This document shows, in pieces, positions 52,639 through 62,634 of a DNA stretch of 64,000 bases; the first letter of the stretch is position 1; each line of letters opens with the position of its first letter. The notes under the pieces were generated by a model. That model worked only from the letters and a program-made list of their open reading frames with translations. It was not told where the DNA came from and searched no databases. Both the position numbers and the translations under genes were made by a program. This DNA comes from a bacterium (GTDB lineage Bacteria > ARS69). Location: the NCBI GenBank assembly GCA_046330135.1, contig JAXLTI010000008.1, positions 10,302 to 74,301 of the forward strand. Reading direction: 5' to 3'.

Positions 52639-55600
52639 TCATCGCCAGTCCCCGGCGGCCACGAAGGACGCCCACCGGAACGGATGCGGGTACTTGCCGC
52701 GCTCGCGCAGCGCCTTCAAGCACGCGAGGCTCGCCGCGCTGACCGCGCGATCCGTCGAGAGGCCGTGACCGAGTCGTGCGGCGTACAGCTCGCGGATCCA
52801 GCGCCGAGCGGACTCGTCTTCCACCGGCCAGAGGCTCAGAAGAAGCGTGCGCACCCCTGCCACGCGGAACGCGCGGCACAGCCCGATCACGCCTTCCCCG
52901 TCCACGATCTCCCCCGTTCCGCTGTCGCACGCGGAGAGCACGGCCCACTCGCAGCCGCGCAAGTCGAGCGACGCGATCTCCTCCGCGGTGAGGATACCGT
53001 CTTCCTCGCCGGGCGCAACCGAAGCGCGCACGTTCGCGCCCGCGAGAGCGAGGCCGGCGCGGAGCAGCGGGTTCGCGGCGAAGGCGTCGTCGCCCGGCGC
53101 GAGGACGAACCCGTGCGTGGCGAGGTGCACCACGCGACGCCCCCGCACGTTCTCCTTGAACGCGGCCTCGCTCGCAGCCGCGCCGGAGAGCCGCACGATG
53201 GACCCGGCGTCGCGGCGCAGCCAGCGTCGCCAGCCCCCGGCCGTGGACCACGCCTCCACGACCACGTCGCCTTCGCTCTGCGCGCCGGGGAGAGGATCGA
53301 AGCGGAGGCGCGCGAGGTCCGCCGCGCCCGGCGCCCCGCGGAGGGAAGCGATCTTCGCCGGCATCGCGGCGCGTGCGGCGACCCCGCCGACCGCGCCCCC
53401 GCCGGCGGCGTTCCCACCGCCCGCCGCGACCGCTCGGTCGAAGTTCGGCGCATCCACCACGAGTAGTCCGTGGCCCGGGTCGCCTTCGCTCGCGGCCGCG
53501 AAGAGGTCTCGCTCCGACCCCAGGTAGTGGAGCACTGGAATGCGCTCCACGAGGAACTCCCGCTCGCCGACCGGCAGGGCCGCGAAGTTCACGAGGTGCA
53601 CGGCGCCGTCGGGGACGAAGAAGACGCGCTCGACGTCGCCGACCGCCGCCTCGAGCGGATCCCACACCAGCTTGCGCAGCGCGACGCCTGCCGCGCGCTC
53701 CGCCGCGACGTTCGCCGTCGAGGGATCCAGCATGGAACGCTCCAGCTCGCGACTCCATCGATGCACCGCGGAGTCCACGTCGGCGCAGGCGCCGAGCGGG
53801 AGCGTGGCCGGCGTGCGCTCGCCCCCGCGCAACACGAAGGCCAGCAGCGAGCGCGTGCGCTGCGGCCGGTCGGCGAGCACGCGGTCGTACGACACGAAGC
53901 CCACGAGCGCGCTCCGCTCGGGCAACGCCGCCGCGACCTGGTCGAAGCCGCGCGCGAACGCCTCCCGCTCGTGGCGGAAAGGCGCGCTCTTCGCCGCCAG
54001 ATCGCGCTCCGCGCGCTCCTTCGCCAGCCGCGCTTCGTCCAGGGCGTGCGCGTCCGCCACGCCCTGGGAGCGGGAGAAGTCCCGGACGGCGAGTCGCGCG
54101 AGCTTCTCGCGCGCTGCGCGGAGCCGCTCGGCCAGCTCCGCGATCCGCGGATCGGACGACTCCACCACCGTGCGCTGGCGCGACGCGAGCTCGTCGAGCA
54201 CGAGCGCGCGGGAACGGATCACGGCGTCCCATGCGTCGCGCGCGGACGCCGGGTCCGCGCCCGCCGCCGCGATCGTGAGGGCCAGGCTCTCCCCCGACGC
54301 CCGCACCGCCTCGTAGCGCAGCGCCTGACGCTCGGGGAGCACGCGCGCGGTCAGCTCGAGGTGGCGGCGCCCCACGTCCTCGGCGCGGAGCGCGGTGGCG
54401 AACGCCGTGCGCGCGTCGCCGGCGCGGTACTTCGCCACGGCGAGGCTGGCGAGCACGGTGGCCACGTCCGGATGATCGCGGCCGAGCCACTTCTCCAGCA
54501 CGTTGACGGCCTCGGCGAGGTCGTCCCCGGCGGGCGCCGTCTGCCCCTCGTCGGAGAGCACTTCGCCGAGGCGCGCGAGCGCGAGCGCCGTGAAGGGGTT
54601 GTCGGCGCCGAGCTTCGAGCGCCGGATGGCCACGGCCCGCTCGAGGGACTTCCGCGCTTCATCGTGGCGGCCGAGGCGCTCCTGGACGGACGCGAGGTCG
54701 TACAGGCTGGACGCCACCTGCATGTCCTCGGGTCCGATGACCTTCTCCTGGATCGCGAGCGCGGCTTCCAGGTGCTGCCTCGCGTCGTCGAGGCGGCCCA
54801 ACTCTCCCTCCGCCGATCCCAGGTTCTGCATCCCGCGGGCCACGCGCGGGTGGTCGTGGCCGTAGGCCTTCTCCCAGATGCGCAACGCTCGCTCGAAGCC
54901 GGCCCGCGCGGTCTCGTAGTCCCCGGCGTCCAGGTCGATGGAGGCGAGCGCGTTCGCGGCGCTGCCGACCTCCGGGTTCTCGCTCCCCTGCTGCTTCTCC
55001 TGGAGGGCGAGCGATCGCTCCGCACACGCGCGCGCGGCGCCGAGATCGCCCGACAGCTCCAGCACGATCGCGAGATGGCTGTTCGCCTTCGCGACGTTCG
55101 CGCCGTCCGGACCCTCGGCCTTCTCGAAGATCGAACGCTCCCGCTCGTACGCCGCCCTCGCCTTCGCGTATTCCCCGAGATAGACGAGAGCGTGGCCCAC
55201 CCCGGCCAGCCCGGCCGCCACCTGCACGTGGTCCGGGCCGAGCAGCTTCTCGCGGATGGCCAGGGCCTTCTCCTGGAGCGCGAGCGAGCCCGCGAAGTCG
55301 TCCTGGTCGCGCAGCACGTTCGCGACGTTGCTCATCGCCAAGGCGACGCCGTCGCTCTCGTCGCCGTCGGTCTTCCGGAGGATCGCCTCGGCGCGCTCGA
55401 ACGTCTTGCGCGCGTCGGCGTAGTGACCGGTGCGGTGCTGGAGCTGCCCGTATCCGATCAGCGTCCGTCCGACCGCCGAGGACGCAGGACCGAGCTTCTT
55501 CTCCTGGATCGCGAGCGCGCGCTCGTAGTCCGCGCGCGAGGAGTCGAAGGCCGCGGAGAGTCGAAGGAGGGTGGCGAGATTGACGAGGCTCGCCGCCACG

Positions 55601-55953
55601 TCGGGATGGTCGGCGCCTTGGAGGCGCTCCCGGATCGCGACCGCGCGCTCGGCGTCGCGGCGCGCTTCGGGATCTTTCGTCTTCTCGAGCCGGGTGAGCG
55701 TCCGTACCAGCGCGTCGAGGGCGTCGGCGACGGCGAGCGAGTCCGCCCCCGGATGATCGCGTGCGGCGAGGACCTCCCGCGCCAGGGCCTCCGCCTCGCG
55801 GAGCTTGGAAGCGCGGAGAAGCGCGTCGACGTCCGCCGGCGTCCGCCCCGTAGCGGGTGACGGGGGTGCCGAGGGCGAAAGCGCCGCGAAGGCCGACGGC
55901 GGCCTCGGCCCCAGCGACAGGGCGAAGACGAGAAGGGGGATCCACCGGGACAT
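52639..55953 (-). CDS. secreted TPR-repeat protein with C-terminal CHAT (caspase-like) protease domain
   Basis: Signal peptide MSRWIPLLVFALSLGPRPPSAFA. Ten or more TPR units (e.g. YERALAIQEKKLGP..., LERAVAIRRSKLGADNP...). The CHAT domain has His in VVHLATHG and Cys in LSACDSG. Confidence 0.85.
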   Translation of the reverse strand: MSRWIPLLVFALSLGPRPPSAFAALSPSAPPSPATGRTPADVDALLRASKLREAEALAREVLAARDHPGADSLAVADALDALVRTLTRLEKTKDPEARRDAERAVAIRERLQGADHPDVAASLVNLATLLRLSAAFDSSRADYERALAIQEKKLGPASSAVGRTLIGYGQLQHRTGHYADARKTFERAEAILRKTDGDESDGVALAMSNVANVLRDQDDFAGSLALQEKALAIREKLLGPDHVQVAAGLAGVGHALVYLGEYAKARAAYERERSIFEKAEGPDGANVAKANSHLAIVLELSGDLGAARACAERSLALQEKQQGSENPEVGSAANALASIDLDAGDYETARAGFERALRIWEKAYGHDHPRVARGMQNLGSAEGELGRLDDARQHLEAALAIQEKVIGPEDMQVASSLYDLASVQERLGRHDEARKSLERAVAIRRSKLGADNPFTALALARLGEVLSDEGQTAPAGDDLAEAVNVLEKWLGRDHPDVATVLASLAVAKYRAGDARTAFATALRAEDVGRRHLELTARVLPERQALRYEAVRASGESLALTIAAAGADPASARDAWDAVIRSRALVLDELASRQRTVVESSDPRIAELAERLRAAREKLARLAVRDFSRSQGVADAHALDEARLAKERAERDLAAKSAPFRHEREAFARGFDQVAAALPERSALVGFVSYDRVLADRPQRTRSLLAFVLRGGERTPATLPLGACADVDSAVHRWSRELERSMLDPSTANVAAERAAGVALRKLVWDPLEAAVGDVERVFFVPDGAVHLVNFAALPVGEREFLVERIPVLHYLGSERDLFAAASEGDPGHGLLVVDAPNFDRAVAAGGGNAAGGGAVGGVAARAAMPAKIASLRGAPGAADLARLRFDPLPGAQSEGDVVVEAWSTAGGWRRWLRRDAGSIVRLSGAAASEAAFKENVRGRRVVHLATHGFVLAPGDDAFAANPLLRAGLALAGANVRASVAPGEEDGILTAEEIASLDLRGCEWAVLSACDSGTGEIVDGEGVIGLCRAFRVAGVRTLLLSLWPVEDESARRWIRELYAARLGHGLSTDRAVSAASLACLKALRERGKYPHPFRWASFVAAGDWR

Positions 55954-56072
55954 GGCCGACGATCCTACCAGAGGCGGACCGGAACGCCCGGAAGTCGTGA
56001 AAGGTCCGCGGGCGTAGCCAAACGGAGAGGCATCGGTCCCGATCCCGGCCCGAATCTCCCGGAGGTTGCCTC

Positions 56073-58496
56073 GTGACGCGCTCTCGCCTTCTCTTCTGGA
56101 CCCGTTCCGTGCGCCGCTGCCGCGGCGGCGTGCTGCTTCTCACCCTCGCCGCTTCGTGGATGGGCGGCGCGGCCCGGGCGGCCACGCTCAACTGGACCAA
56201 CGGCTCGGGTGGGAGCGCCGACGTGCCGACGAACTGGACCCCGAACGCGATTCCCGCCTCCACGGACCTCCTCCTCTTCACGCTGGGGAACTCGTATCCG
56301 GTCACGTTCACGTCGAACACGACCCAGTCCCACGAGATGCGCTTCCGCGCCGGCTCCGTGCAGCTGCTCTTCACCTCGCTGCACACCGTGGGAACGGCCA
56401 TCCAGTTCTCCGATCTCGCCCACGACACCTCGACGGCCACGATCACGGGCGGAACGCTCCGGTCCAACGGACAGGTCCTGATCGGTGTGGTCGCCACCAG
56501 CAAGGGCACGCTCAACCTGCAGACGGCCGGGGCGCTCCTCGAGATCCCGGGCACGGTCAACGACCTCAACGTGGGCGTGGTCGGTCTCGGCACCTTGCAT
56601 GCGCAGGTCGGCGGGCGCGTGCAGGTGGGAGACGACCTCCTGGTCGGGGCGCAGTCGGGCGGCGTGGGGCACGTGCTCGTGGACGGGCACCAGACCTCGC
56701 CGATCGTCGTCGGCTCGAGCCTCTACACCCTGGGAGGGGCCACGTCCGATGCCCGCATCGGCGACCTCGGCTACGGCGACATGATCGTCAGCAACTTCGG
56801 AATCGCGCACGTCGACGGGAGCGTCTACGTGGCGCCCACGGACCGGCCGCTCTTCGACGGGAACGGTTTCCTCACCGTCGGCGGCGCGGGCGGGCTGGCC
56901 GCCATGAGCGTGGGGCAGAACTTGTGGATCGGCGCCGGCGGCGGCGGCGCGGGCGGCATCGGGACCGTCAACGTCCTCGACAACGGCAACCTCGCGGTGA
57001 CCGGCACGACCACGCTCGGCACGAACGGGAACGCCAACGCGATCCTCCAGATCGCGTCCGGCGTGACGGGCGGCGTCTTCAGCACGGGCAGCTTCGTCTG
57101 GGACGACGACGCCACGCTCACGTTCACGGGCGGCACGCTCACCGTGGACGGCGGCACCTTCGATCCCGGCACGATTTCGCGCACGATCTCGGGCACCGTT
57201 CCGAACGCAACCACCGGGCCCGTCTTCATTCTCGAGAACGGCGCCACGGCCACGCTGCCGGCCACGCCGATCTCCCTGCACCTCGGCACCACCGGATTCG
57301 GGGCCGCGCGTGCCCTGACCGGCGCCGCGTGGACGCTGAACGGCGATCTGCAGCTCGGCGAGGTCGCGGGCGGCACGGGCGTCTTGACGCTCACGGGCGG
57401 CAGCCTGTCGGCGAGCTTCGTCAAGGTCGGCCTCGCCGGGAGCGGGCAGCTCGGCGTCACGCAGAACGGCGCGCTGACGGGCTCGTCCCTCTCGATCGCC
57501 GCGAACACCACGGGCACCGGCACGGTCAACGTCTCGGACACGGGGTCGCACATCACCGTGAACAGCGTCACGATCGGCCGCAACGTGGCCTCGCCGGCGC
57601 CGGTCAACACGCTGGACATCGCGAACCACGGCCTCGTCACGGCCAACGGGACCGTGACGGGCGGCACCGTCAACGCCAACGGCGGCCTGATCGTCCACTC
57701 GACCGGGAAGTTCACCACGCCGGGCGACATCTTCGACATGGGCGTGGTCGATCTCGAAGGCGGCGAGGTGGACGCCGACACCGTGAGCCTGGGCGTCTCC
57801 GGCCGGTTGGACGGAGCCGGAGCCGTCGTCGCCGACGTCGTGAACGGCGGCCAGGTGCGACCCGGCGCGTCCACGGGCACGGCGAAGCGGATCGCCATCT
57901 CCGGCCTCTATGCGCAGACCGCCGGGGGGTTCTACCGAGCGGGCCTGGGCAATCACGCGACGTCGGAGTGGGACACCGTCACGGTGACGGGCGCGGCGAC
58001 ACTGTCCGGCACGCTGGACATCACGCGTCTCGGGACGTTCACGCCCCATGTCGGCGACGTGTACCGCATCATGACGTTCGCGTCGCGGACGGGCACGTTC
58101 TCGACGGTCACGCTGGAAGGCGGACCGCTGCTCGGCTTCTCGGTCACGTACAACGCCACCTCCGTGGACGTGGTCGTGACGGGAGCCACGGGGGTCGACG
58201 GGCCTCTCGCGTCCGCGTTGCCCGGCTCGATCGAGCTCCTCGGCCGCCGCACGGCGGGCGGCTCCGAGATCGAGCTGGCGCTCCCGCGCGCGTCGAGCGT
58301 CCGTCTCTCGGTCTACGACGTGGCGGGGCGAGAGGTAGCGGTGCTGCGCGACGGGATCGTCCCGGCAGGGCACAACCGATATGACTTCGGACGCGGCGCG
58401 AGCGCGGTTCCGAGCGGCATCTACTTCGCCCGCGCGCGGGTCACCTCTCCGGACGGCTCGACCGTCCGCACCGCACGGGTTCCGGTCGTACGCTGA
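56073..58496 (+). CDS. secreted autotransporter-repeat-like adhesin with C-terminal Por/T9SS sorting domain
   Basis: GTG with GGAGG SD. Signal peptide. Many degenerate G-x-L-x-x-x-G repeats. CTD ...LSVYDVAGREVAVLRDG...GIYFARARVTSPDGSTVRTARVPVVR. Confidence 0.75.
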   Translation: MTRSRLLFWTRSVRRCRGGVLLLTLAASWMGGAARAATLNWTNGSGGSADVPTNWTPNAIPASTDLLLFTLGNSYPVTFTSNTTQSHEMRFRAGSVQLLFTSLHTVGTAIQFSDLAHDTSTATITGGTLRSNGQVLIGVVATSKGTLNLQTAGALLEIPGTVNDLNVGVVGLGTLHAQVGGRVQVGDDLLVGAQSGGVGHVLVDGHQTSPIVVGSSLYTLGGATSDARIGDLGYGDMIVSNFGIAHVDGSVYVAPTDRPLFDGNGFLTVGGAGGLAAMSVGQNLWIGAGGGGAGGIGTVNVLDNGNLAVTGTTTLGTNGNANAILQIASGVTGGVFSTGSFVWDDDATLTFTGGTLTVDGGTFDPGTISRTISGTVPNATTGPVFILENGATATLPATPISLHLGTTGFGAARALTGAAWTLNGDLQLGEVAGGTGVLTLTGGSLSASFVKVGLAGSGQLGVTQNGALTGSSLSIAANTTGTGTVNVSDTGSHITVNSVTIGRNVASPAPVNTLDIANHGLVTANGTVTGGTVNANGGLIVHSTGKFTTPGDIFDMGVVDLEGGEVDADTVSLGVSGRLDGAGAVVADVVNGGQVRPGASTGTAKRIAISGLYAQTAGGFYRAGLGNHATSEWDTVTVTGAATLSGTLDITRLGTFTPHVGDVYRIMTFASRTGTFSTVTLEGGPLLGFSVTYNATSVDVVVTGATGVDGPLASALPGSIELLGRRTAGGSEIELALPRASSVRLSVYDVAGREVAVLRDGIVPAGHNRYDFGRGASAVPSGIYFARARVTSPDGSTVRTARVPVVR

Positions 58497-58562
58497 GCCG
58501 CGACGTCGGGAGCCTGGGGGGCGCGTCTCCACGTGAGGCGCGCCCCTTCGCGCGTGGAGGCG

Positions 58563-59618
<1,056 letters not shown>

Positions 59619-59680
59619 GGAGCCTCCAGGCGGGAGAAGCGATGCGGCGCGTCGCGGCCGTCGCGACGTCGTCGCCGGGA

Positions 59681-60016
59681 TCACATCGAGATCTTCGCCA
59701 GCGCGTTCTTCATCTGCACGCCGTGCACGAGCGACGATCCGCCGCGGATCGCGTTCGCCACGTGGATCGCCTCGGTCATCTGCTCCAGATTCGAGCCCTT
59801 CTCGAGGCAGGCCTGCGTGTACGCGTCGATGCAGTAGGGGCACTGCACGGCCGACGCCACCGCGAGCGCGATGAGCGCCTTCTCGCGCTCGGTCAGCGCG
59901 CCCTCTTCGAACACCGCGCTGTAGTACGCCAGGAACTTCTTCCAGAGCTCCGGGCTTCCCTCGGCCATTTCCGGGAAGCGCGGGAGATCCTTGGGGTCGT
60001 AGTAGGTCTCCGTCAT
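59681..60016 (-). CDS. AhpD-like (carboxymuconolactone decarboxylase family) arsenosugar-biosynthesis-associated peroxidase-like protein
   Basis: CPYCID CxxC motif in an AhpD-fold-sized (111 aa) protein. GGAGGA SD. Lies 62 bp upstream of arsS on the same strand. Confidence 0.7.
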   Translation of the reverse strand: MTETYYDPKDLPRFPEMAEGSPELWKKFLAYYSAVFEEGALTEREKALIALAVASAVQCPYCIDAYTQACLEKGSNLEQMTEAIHVANAIRGGSSLVHGVQMKNALAKISM

Positions 60017-60143
60017 GGTGTCCTCCGGACGCGATGGGCGTGGAGTCTACACGGTCGAGGATGCGGATGGGGTGGAGACCGTCCCGAAGAGCTGCCGGAG
60101 CGCGCCGGTGCCGAGGGCCGCGGAGGGCGGAGCGCGGCGAACG

Positions 60144-62525
60144 CTAGCGAAGGACGAGGAGCTTCCGCGACTGGACGTGGTCCCCGGCGCGCAGCCGAAC
60201 GAAATAGACGCCGGGAGAGACCGACGCCCCCGACGTCCCTCGCCCGTCCCACCGGACGGAATGCCACCCCGCGTCGAGCCCCGCGTGAACGAGGGTGCGC
60301 ACGAGGCGGCCCGTGACGTCGAAGACGGCGAGGGTGACCGGCTCGGACTCCGGCAGCGTGAAGCGGAGCGTGGTCTCGCCGGAGCGAGTCGGGTTCGGCG
60401 CCGGCGAGTCGAGACGCGCACGATCGGGACCCAGGACGTCCACGTGGACGAGGTCGGCGGCGGGCGCGGTCCACGACGCGAGATGGACGATCGCCTTCCC
60501 GCCCGCGCTCGAGAGATCCCCGCCCACCCACAGTCGCGCTCCCACCACGGCGAGCGTCGCGGGCGACCCCACGAGCCCGCTCTCCAGCGGCGACCACGCG
60601 CTCCCGTTCCATCGACCGACGCCCGCGAGCGGTACCCCGTCGATCGTCGTGAAAAGCCCGGCCGCGAGAAGATCGCCACGGTAGACCGTGAGCGCGGTGA
60701 CGGGTCGGTTCGGCCCGCTGCCGAACCCGTGCCAGGCGGTCCCGTCCCACCGCGCGAGATACGGCGCCGGAACGCCGCCGGCCGCCGTGAACGTTCCGCC
60801 GACGACGAGGTCGCCGCCGTAGAGGGCGAGGCCGCTCACCGGGAGATTCGCGCCGCCGCCGAGCGACGCCCACGCCGCGCCGTCCCATCGGCCGACGTTC
60901 CTCACCGGCGTCGTGCCGGAGTAGCTGAATGCGCCGGCCGCGACGAGGGCGCCGCCGTGGGAAGCGAGACCCGTGATGGACGCGGCCGTGAGACCGACCC
61001 CGAGGGACTCCCACGCGGCTCCGTTCCACCGAGCGACGCCCCGAACGACGTGCCCGCCCGCATCGCTGAACGATCCGCCCGCGAAGAGCGCGTCGTCGAC
61101 CTCGGTCAGGCACGTGACCTGACCGTTCGCGAAGCCTTCCCCCAGGTTCGTCCACGCGGCGCCGTCCCAACGCGCCACGCGACGCACGAGCGTCGTGCCG
61201 CCGGAGCCGTTGAACGAGCCGCCCGCGATCAGGTCGCCCTCGAAGGAGGTCAGCGCGCCGACGGCGCCGTTGAGCCCCGCGCCGAGCGACTCCCACGCCG
61301 CTCCGTTCCATTTCGCGATGCGCCCGATGGACCTCTCCCCGAGGAAACCGAAGCCGCCCGCGACGACGAGAGAGCCGTCCCACTCCGTCGAGGCCACGAG
61401 CGGGCGGTCCGGCGCGAGACCGAGCGGATGCGCGGGCGACCACGCCGCGCCGTCCCACCGGGCGAGGTCGTGCGCGGGACGCCCGCCCGCGGCGGCGAAC
61501 GATCCGCCGGCGAAGGCCTCCGAGGCGGTGCTCGCGAGCGTGTAGACGGGACCGCCGATCTCGCCCCATCGCGTCCACGTCACGGCGTTCCACGCCACCA
61601 CGGCTTGCGCGTTCTGGAAGAGACCCGCGGCGATCAACTGGCCGCGGAACTCGCCGAGCGCGTTCACGTTGGTGGGGGAGCCGGAGAACCCCAGCCAGAC
61701 TCCGCCGTTCCAGGCGGCCAAGTCCGCCAACGGCGGGCCGTTGACGTGGAAGCTCCCGGCGGCGACGAGCTTGCCGGTCCAAGAGCGCAGCGCGCGAACG
61801 TCGGAGCCCTGCGTGAGACCGGGACCGACCGTCGCCCACTCCGTTCCGGTCCACCGCACCACGCCGCCTCCCGACGTGAAGTTGCCGCCGACGTACAACG
61901 TTCCGTCGAGCGTGGCCGCGCAGCGCACGATCTTCTGGTAGAAGGGGTAGTGAGGGAACCTCGAGAGCGTGGTGCCGTCCCACCATCCGACGTCGTAGGT
62001 GGACATGACGCCGATCCGATCGAAGTAGCCCACGATCACGAGCAGTCCGTTCCACTCGACCAAGCCGTAGACCGGTCCGTTCGTGCCGGTGGCGAGCGGT
62101 CGCCAGCGGGAGCCGTCCCAGGCGGCGAGATGACCCGCGGGCTCCCCGTCGATGGTCGTGAACTTCCCGCCCGCGACGAGATCGTTGCCGTACGTGGCGA
62201 GCGCGTCCACTTCGTCGGCGAGACCGGTGCCGAGCGGCACCCAGGTGTCGCCGTCCTGCATGGCGACGTAGTTGACCGTGACGCCGTTGACCGATGCGAA
62301 GCGTCCCCCCACGACCAAGTGGCCTTGCCACCACGTCGAGGCGAGGACGGTGCCGTCGAAGCCGACCGGCGCGAACTCCGTGCTCCATCGGGAATCGCTC
62401 GCGAGAGCGGGCCCGGCGGCCGACCCCACGCCGAGCAGGACGAGGGACGCCATCGCGACGGAGAGCGTCTCCCGGATCGTGCGCAGAACGGTGAGACCGA
62501 GGATCACGGCCGATCCTCCGAGCAC
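60144..62525 (-). CDS. secreted repeat (beta-propeller-like, ~50-aa units) protein with C-terminal Por/T9SS sorting domain
   Basis: 14 or more units of ...LARWDGxxWxxLGxGxNGxVxALxxxxGxLxxGGxF.... CTD ...LAVFDVTGRLVRTLVHAGLDAGWHSVRWDGRGTSGASVSPGVYFVRLRAGDHVQSRKLLVLR. Starts at GTG 62525 or ATG 62453. Confidence 0.75.
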   Translation of the reverse strand: MLGGSAVILGLTVLRTIRETLSVAMASLVLLGVGSAAGPALASDSRWSTEFAPVGFDGTVLASTWWQGHLVVGGRFASVNGVTVNYVAMQDGDTWVPLGTGLADEVDALATYGNDLVAGGKFTTIDGEPAGHLAAWDGSRWRPLATGTNGPVYGLVEWNGLLVIVGYFDRIGVMSTYDVGWWDGTTLSRFPHYPFYQKIVRCAATLDGTLYVGGNFTSGGGVVRWTGTEWATVGPGLTQGSDVRALRSWTGKLVAAGSFHVNGPPLADLAAWNGGVWLGFSGSPTNVNALGEFRGQLIAAGLFQNAQAVVAWNAVTWTRWGEIGGPVYTLASTASEAFAGGSFAAAGGRPAHDLARWDGAAWSPAHPLGLAPDRPLVASTEWDGSLVVAGGFGFLGERSIGRIAKWNGAAWESLGAGLNGAVGALTSFEGDLIAGGSFNGSGGTTLVRRVARWDGAAWTNLGEGFANGQVTCLTEVDDALFAGGSFSDAGGHVVRGVARWNGAAWESLGVGLTAASITGLASHGGALVAAGAFSYSGTTPVRNVGRWDGAAWASLGGGANLPVSGLALYGGDLVVGGTFTAAGGVPAPYLARWDGTAWHGFGSGPNRPVTALTVYRGDLLAAGLFTTIDGVPLAGVGRWNGSAWSPLESGLVGSPATLAVVGARLWVGGDLSSAGGKAIVHLASWTAPAADLVHVDVLGPDRARLDSPAPNPTRSGETTLRFTLPESEPVTLAVFDVTGRLVRTLVHAGLDAGWHSVRWDGRGTSGASVSPGVYFVRLRAGDHVQSRKLLVLR

Positions 62526-62634
62526 CCACTGTAGGACCGAGATCGGCGGAAATCAAGAGCCGCCACTCCGGATTCTCTTGACGTTGCGGCCTCGGGGCGC
62601 CCAGAGTGGAAGCGCCCCCACCGGGAGATTGAAA

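Noticed and set aside
55965-58532. 855-aa minus ORF
   Set aside because: Antisense to the T9SS adhesin. Arg/Gly/Asp-rich.
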